Source: Lingula anatina (Eukaryota > Animalia > Brachiopoda). Taken from it: a stretch of 64,000 nucleotides of DNA. This document shows positions 39,801 through 50,561 of the stretch, in pieces. Location of the stretch: NCBI GenBank assembly GCA_051362555.1, contig CM120642.1, positions 16,120,001 to 16,184,000 on the forward strand, in the 5' to 3' direction. Both the position numbers and the translations under genes were made by a program. How positions within the stretch are numbered: the stretch's first letter is position 1; each line of letters begins with the position of its first letter. Below the pieces are notes generated by a model. The model saw only the letters and a program-made list of their open reading frames with translations, ran no database searches and was not told the DNA's origin.

Positions 39801-42800
39801 AAACATAAGGCTTGGCAAAGCAGACAAGTTGTGGTCAAAAATGACATTATTTCATCATATTTGAACATCTGGAACTTCGGAGCACCTCCCATTTCAAGAA
39901 TTTTGACCAAAATGACCTTTTCTTTATTTTAATTAATTTCTTCTGTAGGAAATTTATGGCACATTATGGTAACTCCAAAATTATAACATTAAGTCCCTTA
40001 TATCTCCAAAACTGGCAGAGATAGGTCCATAGTTACTATTGTAGTTGAATAGGAAGTCATATACTGGCAATCTAAATGTGACCTTGAAATTGACCTTTGA
40101 CCTTCTTTTCACCATGAACTGAATTTTGCAAATTTTGCTTCCCTTTTATCTCCAAAACTGGCAGAGATAGGTCCATAGTTATTATTGAAGTTGAATAGGA
40201 AGTCATATACTGGCAATCTTACTGTGACCTTGAAATTGACCTTTGACCTACTTTTCACGATGAACTGAACTTTGCAAATTTTGGTTCCCTTTTGTCTCCA
40301 AAGTTACGCTGTATCAAAAAGTACATATTGGTGGTGAAAGCAAAATGTGCAGTACGGTAATGTATAATAAATTTTGAACTATGGAAAAATAAAACATAAG
40401 GCTTGGCAAAGCAGACAAGTTGTGGTCAAAAATGACATTATTTCATCAAATTTGAACATCTGGAACTTCGGAGCACCTCCCATTTTAAGAATTTTGACCA
40501 AAATGACCTTTTCTTTATTTTAATTAATTTCTTCTGTAGGAAATTTATGGCACATTATGGTAACTCCAAAATTATAACATTTAGTCCCTTATTTCTCCAA
40601 AACTGGCAGAGATAGGTCCATAGTTACTATTGAAGTTGAATAGGAAGTCATATACTGGCAATCTAAATGTGACCTTGAAATTGACCTTTGACCTTCTTTT
40701 CACCATGAACTGAATTTTGCAAATTTTGCTTCCCTTTTATCTCCAAAACTGGCAGAGATAGGTCCATAGTTACTATTGAACTTGAATAGGAAGTCATATA
40801 TTGGCAATCTAAATGTGACCTTGAAATTGACCTTTGACCTACTTTTCACCATGAACTGAACTTTGCAAATTTTGCTTCCCTTTTATCTCCAAAACTGGCA
40901 GAGATAGGTCCATAGTTTCTATTGAACTTGAATATGAAGTCATATACTGGCAATCTAAATGTGACCTTGAAATTGACCTTTGACGTACTTTTCACCATGA
41001 ACTGAACTTTGCAAATTTTGGTTCCCTTTTATCTCCAAAACTGGCAGAGATAGGTCCATAGTTACTATTGAAGTTGAATAGGAAGTCATATACTGGCAAT
41101 TTACTGTGACCTTGAAATTGCATTTTGACCTACCTTACGATGAACTTAACTTTGATTGTACCATTTTTAGGCATATATATTTTTTGCATATTTTGAAAAT
41201 TCTTGTTGATTGCATTTTTACAGCTTGTCAAGCAGAAGACTGGTGGCTGTGACCCTTATTTTGTGTATGTGGGGGTCTATACAAATGTGATTGCTCCAGC
41301 TGGTGGTACAATATTCGGAGGCGGTATCGCCTCTCTGATCCTCTAGTTAAGAGATAAGAATTTCCTGTGGGTCTTCAGTTTATTTTTTTCTCAGCCATAA
41401 AATTCATTAGTTTCCTGTACACGTGTTTGCCTACAGTGATAGATATGTCTGACCTGTTTGTGGTGTGTTTTGTTTGGTACATGTGCACTTAACTGAACAC
41501 TTCCTTCCTGCATGATCCAAGCATAGCGCTGATGATTTTGTTTATCTTTTAAGCATGGCTGTCAAAGGAAGAGGCTTAGCTCCACTTAACATACCACCCC
41601 CAATGGGCCAGATGCCTGCCCACAGAGGACATGCTCCACCCATGAGGAGAGAAAGCTCCTCCCCTTCATTGCTCCAGACACCTGCCAATTTTGAAGAGGA
41701 TGAGATCAATTTCCCTGATTTGAATAATATCAACATACAGGTGAGAGAATCATATGGCATTACACTTGTAGAATTGGTAAATATGTGCTGTCTCTTTTTC
41801 TTTCTCTTTCTCGTATTTTCATGAATAAAGTGAAAACTGGCAATTGAGAGCAGGGTTCCTTTTATTAAGTACCACAACATAGCCATCAAAGCTGTATAGT
41901 TGGATGAAATTTAAAAAATGACAGATAAATTGGGGAGATGTATATAATTAATAAATATATGTTGTGTGTTGTCCTCTTCCAGCCAGGGGCTGCTTTCTCT
42001 ACATCAGATATAGAAGTGATCTTGGCAAATAATCCACAGCAGGCACGGCAGCAAAAGTAAGTAAGGCATGATGGAATGTTTGCATTACTGTCTTTAATCA
42101 GCTTGTTTCATTGTAAATGAGAAGCGTGCTGTTTATGCCAGGATGAGTGCAGTCCTAATGAGATTGCAGGAAATACAGCCGGGAATAATTACATAACAAG
42201 AGTTTAGGTGAAGCACGCATTGCCATTTTGTTTGTCTGATGCCATACTTTCCAACAATATTGTAATCCACAATTTTGGAACCAAGATTTAAATTTTGAAT
42301 CAAGAAAATTATTTTAAGATTGTATGAAAATCTGTTATATAACTGTAAATTCAAACCGTACTGTTGATTTTACTTTTCTTGGTTTACCATTACTTATGCC
42401 CTAAATTTAGAAAACTGCTATGTACAGTTCCTTTGTTATGATTGAAGCTGCCAAGTTCGGATGACATAACAGGGTGGTCCATAAAAAAAAAATTGGCTGT
42501 ATTTTTATGTACAGACACAGATGTGTCTGTACATATTGCCATCACCTGCGTCTGTCGTCGCCGTCGCCGATCATGTCGCCGTCGCCGTGCACTTTCAGCG
42601 TTAACACCATAAGTGAAAGACAGTTTTACTTTTTGGCTTTATATTTACAGAGCTGACTAATATTCATAAAACGCAGGTCAAGTTCGAAAATCAGCATGAT
42701 CGGGCCATTATTGTAGAATTTATCCTGTTTTTTCACTTTTTAGCATATATGCAACACTGTTAACACATTTCAAGGAAAACCGATAGGCCTGTTGTCATGA

Positions 42801-45800
42801 AACTCACAGGAGTTATCAATCTTACTAAAACGCAGAGCAAGTTCGAAAATCGGCATGATCGGGCCACTATTTTAGTAGTTATGCTGTTTTTTTCACTTTT
42901 CAGCATATGTGCAACACTGTTAACACATTTCAAGGAAAACCGATAGACCTGTTGTCATGAAACTCACAGGAGTAATCAATCTTACTAAAATGCAGGTCAA
43001 GTTCGAAAATCAGCATAATCGGGCCATTATTTTATAAGTTATGCTGTTTTTTCACATTTCCTCAGATTCAATTCTTCGGCATGTTAACAGTCTCATTATT
43101 TAACTAATAAGATTAGTAAAAGTGTTTGTTTGACATTTCCTGCATCTTTACAACATTGTTAGTTGATTATGTAAAAATTATGGTAAACTTGTTATCATGT
43201 ATTGTTATCATGTATTGTAATAGAGTTTCAAAAATGGAAATAAACTCATTGCAGTTTGTCAGATTCATTCATTCACTATGTTCAGAAACTCAGAATGGAG
43301 GAAATTGGACATTAAACACTGTTCTATTGATATTTTTCCCATCTCATCAATTTTCTTAGTTGATCATATTTAAATGGCAGTAAATTGTTAATTTTGTTAT
43401 ATGTTAAAAAATTGTTAAAAATGAAAAAAAAACACATTTCAGGACAGTGCTGTCTTGTCTACATTTTGGCATTTTCAAGGTGTGACTTTGAAGTTCCTTG
43501 GGCCTGAAGACCTTTGCTAGGTACATTTTCTGAATATCCATGATACTAATATTTTATTATTAAAAATTGATGGTAATTATCCTGTTAAACATTATGTAAT
43601 ATTGCATCAAAATTTGAAGACACCCCTATTTTGGACACTGCTCCCATGATGACCATTTAAGGAAAACCATGTCACTTACTGTTCTCAAACTTACAGGAAG
43701 AAACATGGGACTTAAATAAAGCTTCAGTGGGCAATGCAGTCTATTTGGTAAATTTTTTTGGCAGTTAATCAGTTTTTTGTGAAAATTTAATTTTTCACAT
43801 ATTGGCATTTTCAAGGTGTGACTTAAGAATCTCCACCGGCTTGAAGACCCATGCTAGTCACATTTCTGAAAATCCATGATACAGATCTTTTATTAATAAA
43901 AACTGATGGTCATTATGCTGTTAAGCATTATGTAATATTGCATTAAAATAGAAGAAAACACAATTTTGGGTGCTGCTGCCATGATGACCATTATGGGAGA
44001 ACCATGTTACTTATGATTGTCAATCTTTCAAAAAAGAAACAGGACTAAAATGCAGCCTGAGTTAGAAAAGCAGTCTAATTGGCTTCTTTTTCTGGAAGTT
44101 ATACATTTTAGTGAAATATTCCTTTTTATCATGTTGGCATATTCATTGTGGGACTCGAAGCTCCCATGGACATGAAGCCAAATGGTAATCAAGTTTTCTA
44201 CATGTCCATGCTATTTATAGTCAATAATCAAAAATTGGTGATAATTATTCTGTAATTTATTATGTAATGTTACATCAAAATTGACAAAAATCTTTTTGCA
44301 CTGCTACTACAAACATTATGAAAAGAAAACTGTGTTACTTATTATTATTTTCAACTTACAAATATGATTTGTAGGATTGGCATGCAGTTCAAATAAGGAA
44401 GCCAGCTCAAATGGGTTATCATTTATTATTGAATTTAAGCAGTTTTATGTGAAATTTTCATTTTTCTCATTCTGGCATTTTCAAAGTGTGAACTTAAACT
44501 CCCATGGGCCTGAAGCCTTACGCTTGTTACACATTTCACTTACATTGGTAATACCTGTTGAGCATAATTAAAATTTGATGTTGAATTTGCAGTTAAGCAT
44601 AATGTACTTTTGCATCAGAATTGACAGTAGCCTGTTTTGTTATTTCCTGCTTTTTGTCTGTACATTTGACAGCTTTGCTGCCTTGTTTATGGACACACCC
44701 TGTATAACTGTTCAATGCTCACACTACATTTCCTGTAGCCCAATGTTTGGTGTTGCTCAAAGAAACCCATCTGCCGGCTCTTACTCTCTGTTCAGCAACT
44801 CCCCCTGGGGCGGCACTGAGGGTGACAGGGAGGGAATTATACAAGGAAAAGGTTTGTATCACCATAAGAAATGTTATAACAGGAAACTAAGTCATATCTT
44901 GCATGTGAGATTAGTCTTTAGCTGACCTTCAGCTCATTGCTGTCAAGAAAAAGAAAAAATGAAATAAATTTCAGGTTATTTTGCTTTAAAAATTTGCGTC
45001 ATGAAAACAGTGAGTTATTCTACTGTACATTTCTGGATCAGAGTAATAAACCGTTTTTGATGAATTTTATGAGATATTTATTGAATCCTTCTTTCATGTA
45101 TTCAGGCATGCCTTTTTTTCTATCTCAAGGTGTGGGTAATGACAACCCACAGGGAAGGTCCAAGGTTCCAAGTCACGGCATGCTGGGCATTGGGGACACT
45201 GGGCTACGGGGACTGGGAAGTGACCCCCCTGGTCTGGCAGGAGACAGAGGCAGTGATGTGGGCATGGCCCAGGGGCTTGGGCTGGGGTATGGGTTCAACC
45301 CTGGGGACCAGGTGTGGGGCCAGCAACACCCACCCCAGCAGCAGACCCCCCCTGGTGCCCCCTCTGGGAACCCGTTGATGTCCAACAGCATTCAGGTAAG
45401 AAGTATGTCTTTGAAGAAGAAAAGGGAGAAGGTTCAGTGAGACAAAAAGCAACATTGAAAGTATTTTGAGATCCATTCTTTAAAAAATTGCAGGCAATAT
45501 ATTAGTCTAAATTTCTAAGCTTTATGAATGGTTTATTTATTGCTTTTTGTGTGTAACTGCTAGTTTTCAAAAAGTTAACTTGTCACTGAGTTTCAACGGA
45601 ACTTGTGTGAAATTAAAGTCATAATAACTCTTCGTTTTGGCCAAAAATTGGATTTTCCTGGAAAAAACGGCAATTTTCCTGTACTTAGCAATGGTCAACG
45701 ACCCCATTCCTGCATTCAAAGTTAATCCAGGGTTTTTTTCCTAAACGTACGGTTTTTTGTTAAAATTTCTTAAGAGATTTTAACTGACGGAGCCCTCTCT

Positions 45801-46491
45801 GACATTGCATAGTCACTGGTGACCTACTTAAAACTGTGGGAAAGGCAGACAACAAACAACAACAACACTATATAACAATAATGTAAGGTTCATGAGATAT
45901 ATTCGTCTTTTTGTTAAAAATGCATTTATATCCACAATGTGTGCCATTCTGGGCTGTTCGTTATCTGACGCACTGTACAAAAACTCCCTACTTACGTCTG
46001 TGGACTGCACTAGCGTTTGGCGCCATATGTTATTTTGGTCTCGAATGAATGCGAGAATCTGCGTGACACCCAAACGTCATTGGCAACGAATGCCTTGACG
46101 ACCGGGAAGAAAGGCATCGAAAGCCCTACTGACAAGCACAGATTTTAGTTTTACTACAATAACGGCCGTTTTAGTGGTAAAATGCAATATAATATATTTC
46201 CATGCGTTGTTTACAATGTATTTCTTGCAGATTTTTGAATCTCAAAGGAAGAGTTATTATTGCTTTAAAGCCATCGTATGATAATGGTTTGTAATATAGT
46301 ATTAATGTAACATAACATACTTTATTTAGAACCAAATAAATAACAGCATTGGCTTCGGTGATGATATTTATTTATTTATTTATTTATTTGTTTACATATT
46401 GGGGTTGCAGTCAATTTGGACATCAGGGCCCTCTCCTTTGGAACGCCTGCTAGAACAACAGAAACAGCAACGCCAGTTTGAGCCGCACTGA
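18954..46491 (+). CDS. SMG7: Nonsense-mediated mRNA decay factor SMG7 (EST1C), 24 coding exons, ~1133 aa
   Basis: Exons 18954-18979, 19941-19972, 20635-20752, 21144-21204, 26998-27069, 27424-27502, 27802-27894, 28187-28258, 28771-28924, 29171-29253, 29546-29767, 30158-30305, 30636-30715, 30881-30947, 31321-31520, 32153-32208, 32484-32540, 33053-33785, 35940-36243, 41554-41740, 41983-42056, 44739-44851, 45106-45395, 46411-46491 (3402 nt, open frame). The translation matches recalled human SMG7: QDLYQKLLVIDLEYSLDKKVEQDLWNYAFKNQI, NPNRAEIQASLNLFLETASGFY, LVHLGDIARY, VPSNGQPYNQLAIL, PLPEDYDLQCF, and C-terminal SIWTSGPSPLERLLEQQKQQRQFEPH. Confidence 0.96.
21349..26371 (+). mobile_element. HINE/DINE-1-like non-autonomous Helentron, family A copy 1, with internal duplication and ~2.5 kb of inserted DNA
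   Basis: 5' T-run then palindrome tgtacagacacagatgtgtctgtaca, a (GTC/GCC)n tract, ~159-bp core tandem units, 3' sub-terminal IR gtctgtacat and terminal hairpin gacagctttgctgcc. Homologous to 42502-44686. Confidence 0.75.
25534..25896 (-). mobile_element. Probable solo LTR
   Basis: TG...CA ends with short IR (tgtgata/cattaca); minus strand has TATAAAA near its start and AATAAA further on. No matching TSD seen. Confidence 0.4.
26508..26836. mobile_element. TTAA-type MITE, copy 2 (termini degraded)
   Basis: High similarity to 12870-13214, including gataataactcttcg ... gaagagttattatcccttt. Confidence 0.8.
33788..33825. repeat. (GA)n microsatellite immediately after an SMG7 donor site
   Basis: Direct reading. 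Confidence 0.95.
36355..41347 (+). mobile_element. HINE/DINE-1-like element, family B copy 1, carrying a higher-order satellite array
   Basis: 5' palindrome tgtaccaccagcgttagcgctggcggtaca, (cgccggctc)n tract, 3' sub-terminal IR gctggtggtaca plus hairpin gaggcggtatcgcctc. An inverted, degenerate copy lies at 55544-56432. Confidence 0.78.
37068..41150. repeat. Higher-order tandem array: 146-bp units in blocks of 6, 8, 2 and 4, each block preceded by a ~299-bp unit
   Basis: tctccaaaactggcagagataggtcc starts at 37361, 37507, ... 38091; 38536 ... 39558; 40003, 40149; 40594 ... 41032. The long unit starts at ~37068, 38237, 39704 and 40295. Confidence 0.95.
42502..44686 (+). mobile_element. HINE/DINE-1-like element, family A copy 2 (near complete), nested in a small CAGGGTG-ended MITE
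   Basis: Same termini and ~160-bp cores as copy 1. Flanked by cagggtggtccataa (42470) and ttatggacacaccctg (to 44702), an inverted pair. Confidence 0.78.
45613..46268. mobile_element. TTAA-type MITE, longer subfamily copy 3
   Basis: TTAA-AGTCATAATAACTCTTCG ... GAAGAGTTATTATTGCT-TTAA. Both arms are homologous to copy 1, with ~300 bp of extra internal sequence. Confidence 0.8.
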
Positions 46492-47355
46492 AGTCCCCCA
46501 CCCATGTCTTTGTGGAAATCAGCTTAAAGATACCTTCCAAAAGCCCCTGTCTTGTGCAGAGCAACAACTACTGCTGTGGACAGGGAGACTGGAAGACTTC
46601 TACAACTGGGTCGACAATAACTAGGTCAATTAAATATAGGTCAACTGAAATTGAGTCAACAAGAAGAACATCAACATGAAGTGTAGGATGTGTGGATTCA
46701 GTGTCTTTTTATTTCCTTTGAGATCAGATGTAAATTCCATCATAGGATGAGATACGTATTGTGAACGAGTATGCTTTAATTGGGTTGAAACTGGAGAAAA
46801 GAATATATTATTATTTAACTTTATTTATTTATTTATTGTAGGGGGATTTCTGCTTTAAAAGTGGTCTTAGTCTAAATATTGGGAGTAATTCTGAGGTATT
46901 ATTATTATTTGATTTTGATTTACTATGATTTGAACAAAAAAGAGGAATTAGTTTCATTTTTTTTCTCTCTTTTGCTCAAGCCATATCACTTTATCCAAAA
47001 TTCTCATGGAGAGCTTGTAGTTACATAAAAAATCAAATAACTAAAGTAATATTTTCTTAATATTGTCATTATTTTGAGAGATATGATTGTCTTCTCTATA
47101 CTTACCTAAAACAAAAGAAGTTTAATTCCCATCAGTGAACAGATGAGGCAGTGTTAACTACAGGTCTTGTTGCTTATAAAAATGCAGTTTCAGCTGGATA
47201 GCAGCCACGTGAATTGTGAAGCCAGCAGAAGGACGCGAGAAACCCATCAAGCGAGCAAATAGCTAAAATTAATTAAAAGTAAAATAGTAGACTCCGTATA
47301 TTAATTAAGTATAAAGTAGGATATATATATATGTATGCATATAAGTATATATTCC

Positions 47356-47359
<4 letters not shown>

Positions 47360-47417
<58 letters not shown>
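47360..47417. repeat. (AT)n microsatellite in the probable SMG7 3' UTR
   Basis: Direct reading; AATAAA at ~47631. Confidence 0.95.
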
Positions 47418-47420
<3 letters not shown>

Positions 47421-49776
47421 CATGGTTTTGTCTGTACTAATACAGTGTATCTAATACCCTTCTCTAGTATTGATAAACTCTTCCCCATAAAAACCAAGAG
47501 ACCTTTAATCTCAGACTGTGAGGCTATTACTTTATCCTTATTAGATTATTGCTAGAAAATGGTCATAACTAATCTCAATCTTTAGCAAAGAATGTAGTTA
47601 GATCTTTAGAGGACTGTGGGACCGCATGACAATAAAGATACCCCCTCCCCCCCTTCCCAAAGCAAAAAGCTCACGTGGTTTATTAGCACGTGTTGCTGTT
47701 CTCACGTACATTGAAATGTTTAGTAATTTAAGCATATTCCTGTACTTGTTATGAAGTGATTTGGCATCTTAATTAGCTTGTAGCCAAACATCCGCTACAT
47801 TGATTGATTATAACATTTACGTTGAGAACAATGTAAGAGAACACCTGATACCCCCATGTGAATTAAAGAATTACCAGTAAACAATATAGACAGCTACTGC
47901 TATTGCACGACATCCTTTAGGTGACATTCTACTTTCTGCTGAAACATATGACATTCAACTTTCGCTGAGGTACGTTTCGAATTGCTAATGTCTGCTGGCA
48001 GTCAGTCATACAATTATGCGGCTACGCTTTTAGAATCTGCCCAAGTAAGATCCTTGGTTTATTCATCATCGTCCTACGATAAGATTTTAAATAGCAGCCA
48101 TGTCCCAAAGAGACAATCTTTATTATCAGGATTATATATAAGTGCATCATTTCACAGCGCAACATAAGTGAATTGCATTTTTCTTTGCTCTGTGTAACTT
48201 CTGAAGAATGTTTGTTTTCTACCTGGTCAGGTGGTACGTTAAAGGTGATTGAATATCTTGTAATGTCGGGAATATCTTTAGTGATTATTTTCACGGGTAA
48301 ATGTTTAGTCTCTGTCAGTGACTTGGGATTGAAATGGGTACTAAAACGTGGCATTTTGGGCTTGCATTGTGTCAGGGTGACCAGTTTGGACATTATGATT
48401 CAGAATTGCATTTGCCTGAAAACTGCTGGGAATGCTTTTGGTAACGCACGTCATTTTGATCGCGGAAGTAGAATTAAGAGTTTGGGCGTATGGTGTTTGG
48501 TCGCCTAGAAAATGAATATATTTTGGTATGGCTTAATGTTCACCTTTTTTGTGTAGAATTGATATCCGTATGCTTGATAAGTGTAATAGTGGCAGTCTAA
48601 TTAAAAGGACAGAGTCTAAGGAAATTTGATTTGAAAATGGAAAACGGCGATTTATGGTTTCCAACAATAAAACCAAGACTTGCTTTCACACGTTTGTTTT
48701 TTCCTTTATTTTTCTAATAGTTGCAAGATTTTCAGACATTTTCCTGTACTTGTAAATTAACATTAACAAACCACGAAACTATTTCCACAATACAATAGAA
48801 ACCCGGTCTATTAATTCTGTTCATGACGTCAACTTGCACGTACATGGTGGCCACCGTCACCTACTAGGACCCTCCGAATTTTTTTTTAAAGATTTTTTAT
48901 TATCATTATTATGTCAAATATTTATTAATTATCTTTTGCTCATTATAACTTTTTCCCAATCTTAAGCGTACTATATTGAAATAAATGACAGCGGGACCGC
49001 ACCTTCTTGATATTTTAAAGACGGTAGTGTTCGTGTGAATGATTAAGTCGACGACAGCAGTTTTCTGGAATGCGAAACAACTTAATTTGAGCGGACGTCT
49101 TTCCGTGTTGACACGTCATTAATTTCGTGATATAACTCCTCACGTTGTGATGAACGTTTTTCTCCTTGCAGCGTAGGATGTGGGATCGTGAGAAACAACG
49201 AAATTATGGCAATTGTGACCGATTTTGATATGTGGAAAAGTTACTACCGTGTGCCCGTGTTTAGAAAGTTTTGTCTCTCTTATTTAAAAGCCTGCTTCAT
49301 CTTGTTGCATTTTGATTATTCCCGTAGCTGGATACTACGATAACACGAACGCAGTGCTGTTTTGGAATAATCAGTTAAGTCATTCTTGTAGAAAACGTTA
49401 AGAATAGCATAATAAATGTGTCAAGATTCACTGAGGAAATAAATTCCATCATAAATTTAAGTACACGTTGTTAATTTATATATTTTTTATTTATATTTAT
49501 TATATTTAGAATGATGATAATTATAACAATAATCATATCTATGTAGAGTCTGTAATCCGAATATTTTCAATAAATAAGTCCTATAACATACATGCTAGAT
49601 CCGTAAATTTTCAGGCGTAAAGTTCTTTAAAAGATATTTTATAAATATCTATTTTCAAAATTGCCAAGGGAAGCCGTACCGCGTGATTAATGTGGAAATG
49701 CATTCCTATCATATAGAGCCGTGCCGTTAAAAAAAAAACGCAGAAAAAAGTGACAAGTAGCCTACGTGACCAATCT

Positions 49777-49927
49777 CAGGCCCGTAGCCAGCAATTTCAA
49801 AAGTGGGGTTCTTTTTCTGAAAAAGTGGACCTTTTTCTTTAAAAACTCCATGTACCTAGATTAAATTTTACCCAGAGTGGACCTTTTCTCAGCAAAAGGG
49901 GCGGTTCTTTCGAACCCCCCGGGCCTG
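49777..49927. mobile_element. Small MITE
   Basis: CAGGCCCG ... CGGGCCTG termini with aatct on both flanks. Confidence 0.55.
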
Positions 49928-49989
49928 AATCTGGTCTTGTACAGTGTTAAAACGTGACCGAAGGAGCGTAACTGGTGGAGAGGGGGCAC

Positions 49990-50400
49990 GTAAGGGAAGA
50001 CGAGTTCACTCAAGTACGGTGATGCATAAGTTTGCCGTTTAAAGAGAACCTATGCTCTTGTGGGTAACCAGCGAAGTTCTATTTGAGGATAGATGTGATG
50101 TGTCTGTCACCAGGGGTGCGGTTAAGGCCACGGGCAGAGGTATTTTGAATGCGCTGTAGACGTTTTCCCTTTTCTTGAGGACGTGCTCATAGAAAATGGA
50201 GTTGCAGTTGTCCAATCTAGATGTGAAAAATACAGTAATGACTGTAGCGGTTGAGGAGTCCATGTGATATGAAACGTGCATGGTTTTAAAATGTGTGATA
50301 TTTTGACCATAGAAGGAGAGGTATCCACGTGCACTCCTAGAATTTTGGCACGAGGAGAAACATTGACCACACTTTAATAGCAAGTCTTGAGGAAGAGGTC
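49990..50400 (-). mobile_element. Degenerate L2/CR1-type LINE reverse-transcriptase C-terminal fragment
   Basis: TATVITVFFTSRLDNCNS resembles the conserved SRLDYCNS motif; RLQRIQN follows in a shifted frame; frameshifted. Confidence 0.65.
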
Positions 50401-50493
50401 AACCAATCAATTTCTTTTTTTGCATTTGGGGCTGTTATACGAAACGTGCGTTAGACTTTATAGCCAAATAAATAAATAAGTAAACAACAACAA

Positions 50494-50494
50494 C

Positions 50495-50536
<42 letters not shown>

Positions 50537-50561
50537 TATAATTATAATAATAATAATAATA
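50494..50561. repeat. (AAT)n microsatellite
   Basis: Direct reading. Confidence 0.95.

Noticed and set aside
37071-39910. Three near-identical 65-aa ORFs (MVKILEMGG...)
   Set aside because: They are by-products of the repeated 299-bp unit with no recognisable domain
37068-41150. CRISPR-like repeat/spacer array
   Set aside because: Units are 146 bp, the intervening segments are near-identical to one another, there are no cas genes, and the context is a eukaryotic intron
48022-48508. Opposing 123-aa and 111-aa ORFs
   Set aside because: No recognisable domain or convincing splice structure; they cannot be supported without a search
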